From positions 24,708 to 88,707 of the forward strand of contig JBOICV010000092.1 of assembly GCA_050740255.1 (NCBI GenBank): DNA of 64,000 nt. Direction: 5' to 3'. Numbering within the stretch: position 1 is the first letter of the stretch; each line of letters opens with the position of its first letter. The notes below the pieces were generated by a model, which saw only the letters and a program-made list of their open reading frames with translations, was not told the DNA's origin and ran no database searches. Shown in pieces: positions 29,983-35,908 of the stretch. This stretch comes from Nevskiales bacterium. Lineage in GTDB: Bacteria > Pseudomonadota > Gammaproteobacteria > Nevskiales > JBOICV01. Both the position numbers and the translations under genes were made by a program.

Positions 29983-30093
29983 GGGAGCGGAGAAAAGCGG
30001 CCAGCCTAGCGGCGGGTGTCGTAGCGCACAAGCGCGCTCACGAGAAACGACCTGCACATGCGTAAAATACCCGCTTTCGTGTCCACCCAGACC

Positions 30094-31482
30094 ATGCTGC
30101 AAATTCATAATAGCCTGACCGGCGCAAAGCAAGCCTTCACTCCGATCGAGGGCAGGAAGGTTCGCATCTACGTCTGCGGCGTCACCGTGTATGACTACTG
30201 CCATCTCGGCCACGCACGCTTTCTGGTCGTATTTGACGTCGTCACGCGCTATCTGCGCGCGCGCGGCTACGACGTCACCCACGTCCGCAACATCACCGAT
30301 ATCGATGACAAAATCATCAAGCGCGCGAACGAGCAGCAACGCGGCTGGCAGGGGCTGACGCGCGAGTTCATCGAGAAATTCCACGAAGATGCCGCAGCAC
30401 TGGCAATCCTGCCGCCGGATCAGGAGCCGCGCGCGACCGAGCACATTCCGCAAATCGTCGCGATGATTGAACGGCTGATCGCGCGCGGCCATGCCTACGT
30501 GGGTGACAACCACGACGTCTACTACGACGTGCGCAGCTTCCGGGATTACGGCCGGCTCTCGGGCAAGAATGTGGACGATTTGCGCGCTGGCGCGCGCGTC
30601 GAGGTTAACGAGACCAAACGCGATCCGCTGGATTTCGTGCTGTGGAAAGCCGCCAAACCCGGTGAGCCGAGCTGGGATTCGCCCTGGGGACCCGGCCGGC
30701 CCGGCTGGCATATCGAGTGCTCAGCCATGGCCACCCACTGCCTTGGCGACCATTTCGACATCCACGGCGGCGGCCTCGATCTCAAATTTCCGCATCACGA
30801 GAACGAAATCGCGCAGAGCGAGGGCGCGACCGGCAAGCACTTCGTCAATCTGTGGATGCACAACGGCTTTGTGCAGGTGAACGCAGAGAAGATGTCGAAG
30901 TCGCTCGGAAACTTCTTCATCATCCGCGACGTACTCAAGCATTTCCGCGCCGAGGAAATCCGCTACTTCATCACCTCCAGCCATTACCGCAGTCCGCTGG
31001 ACTACTCGGATCAGCATATGCGCGCCGCGCGCGCAGCGCTGGCGCGGCTTTATACAGCCTTGCGGGGTCTGTCGGTGGGCACGCCCGCCGCAAATGAGCC
31101 GTATACCGCAGGTTTCGACGCGGCGATGGACGATGATTTCAACACGCCGGAGGCGGTCGCGGTGCTGTTCGACATGGCGCACGAGATCAACCGGCTTAAA
31201 TCCGAACAGCCCAAAGAGGCGGCGGCGCTTGGCGCGGTCTTGCGCAAGCTCGGCGGGATTCTCGGTCTGCTACAGCAGAATGCGGAGGCTTATTTCACGG
31301 CCAGCGCCGACGGCGGCCCTGGCGCCGAGCAGATCGAGAGCCTGATTGCTGCGCGGCTCACCGCGCGGATGGCGCGCGACTATGCCGAAGCGGATCGCAT
31401 TCGCGACGAGCTCGTCAAGCGGGGTATCCGCTTGGAGGACGGCCCGAAGGGTACGACCTGGAGTCGGGTAACGGGTACCTGA
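30094..31482 (+). CDS. cysS: Cysteine--tRNA ligase
   Basis: It starts [30 protein letters not shown] (HIGH motif) and later has the KMSKS motif. Confidence 0.97.
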   Translation: MLQIHNSLTGAKQAFTPIEGRKVRIYVCGVTVYDYCHLGHARFLVVFDVVTRYLRARGYDVTHVRNITDIDDKIIKRANEQQRGWQGLTREFIEKFHEDAAALAILPPDQEPRATEHIPQIVAMIERLIARGHAYVGDNHDVYYDVRSFRDYGRLSGKNVDDLRAGARVEVNETKRDPLDFVLWKAAKPGEPSWDSPWGPGRPGWHIECSAMATHCLGDHFDIHGGGLDLKFPHHENEIAQSEGATGKHFVNLWMHNGFVQVNAEKMSKSLGNFFIIRDVLKHFRAEEIRYFITSSHYRSPLDYSDQHMRAARAALARLYTALRGLSVGTPAANEPYTAGFDAAMDDDFNTPEAVAVLFDMAHEINRLKSEQPKEAAALGAVLRKLGGILGLLQQNAEAYFTASADGGPGAEQIESLIAARLTARMARDYAEADRIRDELVKRGIRLEDGPKGTTWSRVTGT

Positions 31483-31551
31483 ACGTCAGGGAACCTTTGC
31501 CAGGCCTCGCTGCCGATTAGATCCCGCGATTTGAGCAGGCACTTTGGTTCC

Positions 31552-31950
31552 ATGCGTATTGGACAGCTCGCAAAGACCGCTTGCGTCGGTGTGGAGACCA
31601 TCCGTTACTACCAGCGCATCGGTCTGTTTCCGAATCCACCCAAGCCCTATGGCGGCACACGTCACTACGATGCAGCGGGTCTCGTGCGACTGCGCTTCAT
31701 CCGCCGCGCGCAAGGGTTGGGGTTCTCGCTGGAGGAGATTCGCGCCCTGCTGGAACTTTCGCGTGAAGACTGCGCCGACGTGCAACGGCTCGCGACCCGC
31801 AAGCTCGACCTGGTGCGCGGCAAAATCAAGGACCTCAAACGCATGGAAACGGCGCTCAAGGGTACGCTGGCGCGCTGCCGGACACGTCGCCGGCACGCTC
31901 CCTGTCCCATCATCGAAACACTCGCCGAGGCTGATGACAGCACCACTTGA
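31552..31950 (+). CDS. merR: Hg(II)-responsive MerR-family transcriptional regulator
   Basis: It has the HTH MRIGQLAKTACVGVETIRYYQRIGL, the Cys in SREDCADV, and a C-x8-C pair (ARCRTRRRHAPCPIIETL) at the spacing of MerR Cys117/Cys126. Confidence 0.88.
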   Translation: MRIGQLAKTACVGVETIRYYQRIGLFPNPPKPYGGTRHYDAAGLVRLRFIRRAQGLGFSLEEIRALLELSREDCADVQRLATRKLDLVRGKIKDLKRMETALKGTLARCRTRRRHAPCPIIETLAEADDSTT

Positions 31951-31978
31951 CTCCGTACCCCAGTACGGCGTTTAGGCT
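31947..31978 (+). promoter_or_regulatory. MerR operator / PmerT-type promoter
   Basis: The -35 TTGACT (31947-31952) overlaps the merR stop codon. The dyad CCGTAC-ccca-GTACGG spans 31953-31968. A 19-nt spacer precedes TTAGGC (or 20 nt to TAGGCT). The Tn501 arrangement is TTGACT-N19-TAAGGT with TCCGTAC-N4-GTACGGA. Confidence 0.8.
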
Positions 31979-32008
31979 GGACGCGTCCCCTGGCAACTGG
32001 AGACGCAG

Positions 32009-32353
32009 ATGCAGGATCGCAGCAAAACCTGGTTATCCCTCGGCGTAGTGGGCGCAGTCGGTGCATCCCTGTGCTGTACCTTGCCGCTGCTGCTCGTCAT
32101 GGCCGGTTTGGGCGGAGCCTGGCTTGGGACTTTGCAGCTGTTTGCACCCTTCCGGCCGGCCTTTATCCTGTTCGCGTTCGCCGCGCTGGCCGTCGCGGGG
32201 TGGCAGATTTTCCGCACAGCGCCGGCCTGCGAGGCAGAGCAGGTTTGTGTGGAGCCTGCGTTGCAGCGACGGCGCAAAGGGATATTTCTGGGCGTGACTG
32301 CCTTGGTCGTCGCACTGATTGCTAGCCCCTATCTGGTCGCATATCTGGGGTGA
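32009..32353 (+). CDS. merT: Mercuric ion transporter MerT
   Basis: 114 aa with three TM helices. It has the vicinal Cys pair in TM1 (GASLCCTLPLL) and the cytoplasmic-loop pair C-x5-C (APACEAEQVCVEP). Confidence 0.85.
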   Translation: MQDRSKTWLSLGVVGAVGASLCCTLPLLLVMAGLGGAWLGTLQLFAPFRPAFILFAFAALAVAGWQIFRTAPACEAEQVCVEPALQRRRKGIFLGVTALVVALIASPYLVAYLG

Positions 32354-32670
32354 AAGCCATGAAATCCGCCATTCACGCCCTGCTGCTGATGTTGGTGGTG
32401 CTAGCGCCCGTGCGAGTGTTCGCCGCCGACCGCTGGGTGCGGCTATCCGTGCCGGACATGAACTGCCCGGCCTGCCCGGTAACGGTGCGCAAAAGCCTCG
32501 AACGCGTGACCGGCGTGGAAGTGCAATCGGTGGACCTCAAGTCCAAAACAGCGGTCGTGCTGATTCGCGATGACCGTGTGACCGACGCCGCGCTAACCCA
32601 GGCCACCGCCGGCGGCGGCTACCCCTCTGTCGTCGTTCCGGAGAACATCTATGAATCTGACCGCCATTGA
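32350..32670 (+). CDS. merP: Periplasmic mercury-binding protein MerP (HMA domain)
   Basis: It has a signal peptide and the motif VPDMNCPACPVTVRKSLERV. The GTG overlaps the merT TGA; an ATG at 32359 is an alternative start. Confidence 0.85.
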   Translation: MKAMKSAIHALLLMLVVLAPVRVFAADRWVRLSVPDMNCPACPVTVRKSLERVTGVEVQSVDLKSKTAVVLIRDDRVTDAALTQATAGGGYPSVVVPENIYESDRH

Positions 32671-33034
32671 TCCCGCGCTCGGCCAGATGGGCGAATTTGC
32701 CAGGGCCACCGGCAACGTCACCGCGCCAGTGCAGAAGCTGCGCGAGATGACGCTCTTGCGCGATGGCGCGCTACCGGCGCGCATCAAGACGCTCGCGGCC
32801 TTGCTGTGGGCTGTTTCCAGCCGCTGCGAGCCCTGTATCAAGTTCTATGCGCAAAAGGCGCGAGAGCTGGGGGCGAGCGATGCCGAGTTGGGCGAGATGC
32901 TCGCGCTTGCACCCACGATGGGCGCTTGCGTGGCGGAGATGTGGGCACTAAAAGCCTTCGCCGCGGCAAAGAATCCAACCGAAGCAAACCAACCACCTAA
33001 AGGAGATGACAATGCTGAAACCTGCTGCGTATGA
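32651..33034 (+). CDS. Carboxymuconolactone decarboxylase (AhpD-like) family protein with a CxxC motif and a C-terminal Cys-Cys
   Basis: 127 aa with RBS ggag. The sequence LPARIKTLAALLWAVSSRCEPCIKFYAQKARELGASDAEL matches the CMD/AhpD core. The tail reads ..GDDNAETCCV*. Confidence 0.7.
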   Translation: MNLTAIDPALGQMGEFARATGNVTAPVQKLREMTLLRDGALPARIKTLAALLWAVSSRCEPCIKFYAQKARELGASDAELGEMLALAPTMGACVAEMWALKAFAAAKNPTEANQPPKGDDNAETCCV

Positions 33035-33512
33035 TTTCTTCCGCGGATTTCTCGTCGTCGCGCTGATGTTGCTGGCGCATTCCGCGCTGGCTGCACCGAA
33101 AGCCGTAGCGGAATTGACCCTGAACTATCAGAAGTCGGCGGACCGGCAGATGTCCGATGGCGGACATCTATTTGCTCGATGCCAGTACCTTGGCTCGGGC
33201 GATGGCACAGCGACCGGGGCCATTGCCGGCCGCGTCGGCTGGGATTTGCACGAGGATCAGTCACGCGACGACCTGCACCCGACCCAGTTCCGCGGCTTCA
33301 TCGAGCGTGACGGCAAGCGCCATCCGTTCCAGATCATTGGCGTGTTTACGCCGGAACCCGGCCAGCCGATCCGTCGCTGGAAGCTCACCGGGACCATCGT
33401 TTTTGATGACAACGCACTCTTCACCGGCCAGCATGCCCCCGTAACCGGTTACGTTGAAACCGGAAGCTGGAAGCATCGCTACACTGTGCTGGTGGACAGT
33501 GACGTCAACTAA
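33012..33512 (+). CDS. Secreted protein of unknown function (mer-operon member)
   Basis: An ATG lies 6 nt after a strong RBS aaggag. The signal peptide is MLKPAAYDFFRGFLVVALMLLAHSALAAP. No motif was recognised. It overlaps both neighbouring genes. Confidence 0.65.
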   Translation: MLKPAAYDFFRGFLVVALMLLAHSALAAPKAVAELTLNYQKSADRQMSDGGHLFARCQYLGSGDGTATGAIAGRVGWDLHEDQSRDDLHPTQFRGFIERDGKRHPFQIIGVFTPEPGQPIRRWKLTGTIVFDDNALFTGQHAPVTGYVETGSWKHRYTVLVDSDVN

Positions 33513-34137
33513 GTGCGTGGCCCGTATCCTGAGCCTGTTCCCGAAGCTGGATAATGCAGCTCAGCGCCTTTCGCTTGCGCTGTACCGCCAGCTGGCTCGG
33601 GGCGAACCGGTATCCACAACCCGACTCGCCGCCGCCGTTGATCGCGACGCATCAGCGGTAAGCGAGCAATTAAGCCAATGGCCCGGCGTGTTTTACGACG
33701 AGCAGGGTGCCGTGATCGGCTACTGGGGCTTGAGTATCCACCCGATGGCGCACCGGTTTCGGGTTAACGGTCGCAATCTCTACACCTGGTGCGCGTGGGA
33801 CAGCCTGTTCATCCCCGAGTTGCTTGGCGAGACGGCGCACGTTGAGTCGTTCTGCCCGGTGACGCGGACACCCATCCGGCTCACCGTCACGCCGCAAGGC
33901 GTCGAAGACCTACAGCCAGCAACCGCAGTGATGTCGCTGATGCTGCCGGCCCACAGCAGCGTGATGTCGGACATCGCCGCACGCTTCTGCCACTACGTAC
34001 ACTTCTTTGAATCCGCGAACGCTGCAACGCGTTGGCTGCCCGAGAACCCCTCAACAATGGTTGTCGGAGTCGGGGAAGGGTTCGAGCTGGGGCGAATGAA
34101 GAACGACATTCAGTATCTTGACCAAGCGTTAGCCTGA
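33499..34137 (+). CDS. merB: Organomercurial (alkylmercury) lyase MerB (start GTG 33499 or GTG 33517)
   Basis: The catalytic contexts RNLYTWCAWDSLFIP (Cys96/Asp99 equivalent) and ARFCHYVHFFES (Cys159 equivalent) are present. The N-terminus LALYRQLARGEPVS resembles MerB. Confidence 0.85.
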   Translation: MTSTKCVARILSLFPKLDNAAQRLSLALYRQLARGEPVSTTRLAAAVDRDASAVSEQLSQWPGVFYDEQGAVIGYWGLSIHPMAHRFRVNGRNLYTWCAWDSLFIPELLGETAHVESFCPVTRTPIRLTVTPQGVEDLQPATAVMSLMLPAHSSVMSDIAARFCHYVHFFESANAATRWLPENPSTMVVGVGEGFELGRMKNDIQYLDQALA

Positions 34138-34174
34138 TCTCCGGGGACCGCGCATTTACTGTTTCTATAGCTCG

Positions 34175-35029
34175 TCAGCAATTGCGCCGTTCGCAGGCGA
34201 ACAGTGTGGCATTCAGTAGCATGGCGATCGTCATCGGTCCGACGCCGCCGGGTACCGGGGTTATCCAACCCGCGCGGGATCTCGCAGCATCGAATTCCAC
34301 ATCGCCGATCAGTCGTCCGTCGGAGTCGCGGTTGATGCCGACGTCAATCACGACTGCGCCCGGTTTTATCCACGCCCCTTTCACAAACTCGGGCTTACCG
34401 ACGCCGGCCACAACGATGTCGGCTTGCGCGACGATGTCCGCTAGATCGCGGGTCTTGCTATTGCAGATCGTGACCGTCGCGTCGGCCAGCAGCAGTTCCA
34501 GGGCCATCGGCCGCCCGACGATATTGGACGCCCCCACCACCACCGCGCGCGCGCCGCGAGTGGCGACGCCGGTGGTTTCTATCAGCTTCATCACACCATA
34601 AGGCGTGCAAGGGCGCAGCAGCGGACGCTTCTGCGCCAGCCGGCCGAAATTAAATGGATGAAAGCCGTCCACATCTTTATCCGGCCGGATGCGCTCCAAC
34701 ACATGCTCAGCGTTGATGTGTGCAGGCAGCGGTAGCTGCAGCAGAATGCCATCCACGGTTTCATCTGCGTTAAGCCGGTCAATTTCGGCCAGCAGTTCGA
34801 CCTCGGTCAGTGAGGCGGGCCGATGCAATACTTGCGAGCGAATTCCGACTTCGGCGCAGGCTTTGTGCTTGTTGCGCACGTAAATCTCGGACGCTGGATT
34901 CTCGCCAAACAGAATGACGGTCAAGCCCGGGGCACGCTGGCCGGCACGCAGGCGCGCGTCAATGCGCTGCTTGATGCCGGCACGAAGACTGGCAGCGATG
35001 GCCTTACCGTCTATCAGTTGGGCGGGCAC
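34175..35029 (-). CDS. folD: Bifunctional methylenetetrahydrofolate dehydrogenase / methenyltetrahydrofolate cyclohydrolase
   Basis: The GTG start gives (M)[15 protein letters not shown].., for 284 aa. It has the segments ILLQLPLP and [17 protein letters not shown]. Confidence 0.95.
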   Translation of the reverse strand: MPAQLIDGKAIAASLRAGIKQRIDARLRAGQRAPGLTVILFGENPASEIYVRNKHKACAEVGIRSQVLHRPASLTEVELLAEIDRLNADETVDGILLQLPLPAHINAEHVLERIRPDKDVDGFHPFNFGRLAQKRPLLRPCTPYGVMKLIETTGVATRGARAVVVGASNIVGRPMALELLLADATVTICNSKTRDLADIVAQADIVVAGVGKPEFVKGAWIKPGAVVIDVGINRDSDGRLIGDVEFDAARSRAGWITPVPGGVGPMTIAMLLNATLFACERRNC

Positions 35030-35089
35030 GGGAGTGGCTAAGCATCGGATTCGGGCCGTATTTTCGCATGTTTCGCGCAGCACATTTCA

Positions 35090-35119
35090 TTGACCCGCCC
35101 GCCCGCTGGAGCGTATTAT
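35090..35119 (+). promoter_or_regulatory. Candidate sigma70 promoter for the tRNA cluster
   Basis: TTGACC (35090-35095), an 18-nt spacer, then TATTAT (35114-35119). A GC-rich discriminator tcgcgccc follows, about 50 nt upstream of tRNA-Pro. Confidence 0.55.
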
Positions 35120-35168
35120 TCGCGCCCTTGCGCGGGCAGGAAGCTCGGGTTGTAGAGGAGTCGATATT

Positions 35169-35245
35169 CGGGGTGTAGCGCAGCCTGGTAGCGCACCTGC
35201 CTTGGGCGCAGGTGGTCGGAGGTTCAAATCCTCTCACCCCGACCA
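35169..35245 (+). tRNA. tRNA-Pro (anticodon TGG)
   Basis: The cloverleaf was folded by hand: acceptor CGGGGTG/CACCCCG, anticodon arm CCTGC-CTTGGGC-GCAGG, T-loop TTCAAAT, encoded CCA. Confidence 0.95.
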
Positions 35246-35269
35246 GCAAGCTTAGAATATGCGGCATCC

Positions 35270-35346
35270 GTGCCCGTAGCTCAGTTGGATAGAGCAACGG
35301 CCTTCTAAGCCGTAGGTCGCAGGTTCGACTCCTGCCGGGCACGCCA
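35270..35346 (+). tRNA. tRNA-Arg (anticodon TCT)
   Basis: Acceptor GTGCCCG/CGGGCAC, anticodon arm ACGGC-CTTCTAA-GCCGT, T-arm GCAGG-TTCGACT-CCTGC, encoded CCA. Confidence 0.95.
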
Positions 35347-35373
35347 GAATTTTATGAGGAGCGATTTTCCTTA

Positions 35374-35407
35374 TCCCCTCTCCCTTTGGGAGAGGATGGG
35401 TGAGGGT
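35374..35407. repeat. REP-like palindromic element between tRNA-Arg and tRNA-His
   Basis: The sequence is tCCCCTCTCCCtttGGGAGAGGatGGGTGAGGG, the same family as 3508 and 22967. Confidence 0.8.
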
Positions 35408-35411
35408 CAAT

Positions 35412-35488
35412 GGTGGCCGTAGCTCAGTTGGTAGAGTCCCGGATTGTGATTCCGGTTGTCGCGGGTTCGAGCCCCGTCGGTCACCCCA
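35412..35488 (+). tRNA. tRNA-His (anticodon GTG, with the extra 5' G-1)
   Basis: G-1 plus acceptor GTGGCCG/CGGTCAC, anticodon arm CCGGA-TTGTGAT-TCCGG, encoded CCA, then a T6 run. Confidence 0.95.
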
Positions 35489-35586
35489 TTTTTTGTGTTA
35501 CGCAGGCGCGCGTTACATTAAAATGCGCGCCCCTGTTGGATGTTTTGGCACAGGATGTGCCAACGCGAAGGCCTGGCCTGAGCGAA

Positions 35587-35616
35587 GGCAATCGAAAATG
35601 ACATTTTTCGATTGCC
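35587..35616. repeat. Perfect 12-bp-stem hairpin GGCAATCGAAAA-tgacat-TTTTCGATTGCC in the tRNA-His/tRNA-Lys spacer
   Basis: Read directly from the sequence. The 171-nt spacer also holds three shorter hairpins (GCGCGC..GCGCGC, TGGCAC..GTGCCA, GCCGTG..CACGGC). Confidence 0.7.
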
Positions 35617-35659
35617 GTGGCGGCACGGCGGCAGGATGCCCCGTCGCCGCGGCAGAAAT

Positions 35660-35735
35660 GGGCCGTTAGCTCAGTTGGTAGAGCAGGAGACTCTTAATCT
35701 CTTGGTCGTAGGTTCGACTCCTACACGGCCCACCA
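35660..35735 (+). tRNA. tRNA-Lys (anticodon CTT)
   Basis: Acceptor GGGCCGT/ACGGCCC, anticodon arm GGAGA-CTCTTAA-TCTCT, T-arm GTAGG-TTCGACT-CCTAC, encoded CCA. Confidence 0.93.
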
Positions 35736-35789
35736 CTTTCCGCGGTTACCAACTTCCAAGTTATTCTGAGAAGCGGCCTTACGGCCGCA

Positions 35790-35894
35790 TTGGTCGTAGG
35801 TTGCTCGTCTCATCCCTGAGACGAGTCCTATGGACTCGCTACGCTCGCTCGGTTTTGCTCCCGGCAAAACCGTCGACTCCTACACGGCCCACCA
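35790..35894 (+). pseudogene. Duplicated 3' portion of tRNA-Lys (variable loop to CCA) interrupted in the T-loop by a 71-nt insert
   Basis: TTGGTCGTAGGTT (35790-35802) and CGACTCCTACACGGCCCACCA (35874-35894) are identical to 35702-35735. No 5' acceptor strand was found upstream. The downstream flank ctttcctcggtt mirrors ctttccgcggtt after the intact tRNA. Confidence 0.75.
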
Positions 35895-35908
35895 TTACTT
35901 TCCTCGGT

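Noticed and set aside
29089-30711. A 540-aa minus-strand ORF, the longest unassigned ORF in this part of the track
   Set aside because: Only its last 297 codons (29089-29982, from MRPAEEY) form an alpha/beta hydrolase with recognisable motifs. The upstream 243 codons run antisense to cysS (30094-31482), are Arg/Ala/His-rich low-complexity sequence, and are explained as a GC-rich shadow frame.
31483-34174. The mer cluster as part of a Tn21/Tn501-type transposon
   Set aside because: There is no tnpA/tnpR/merD/merE, no recognisable 38-bp terminal inverted repeats, and merR is co-oriented rather than divergent. By eye the composition matches the host.
35736-35908. tmRNA or a group I intron-containing tRNA as an explanation of the split tRNA-like sequence
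   Set aside because: No 5' acceptor strand, tag-peptide reading frame or pseudoknot-sized body is present. The 71-nt insert is far too short for a group I intron and sits in the T-loop rather than the anticodon loop.
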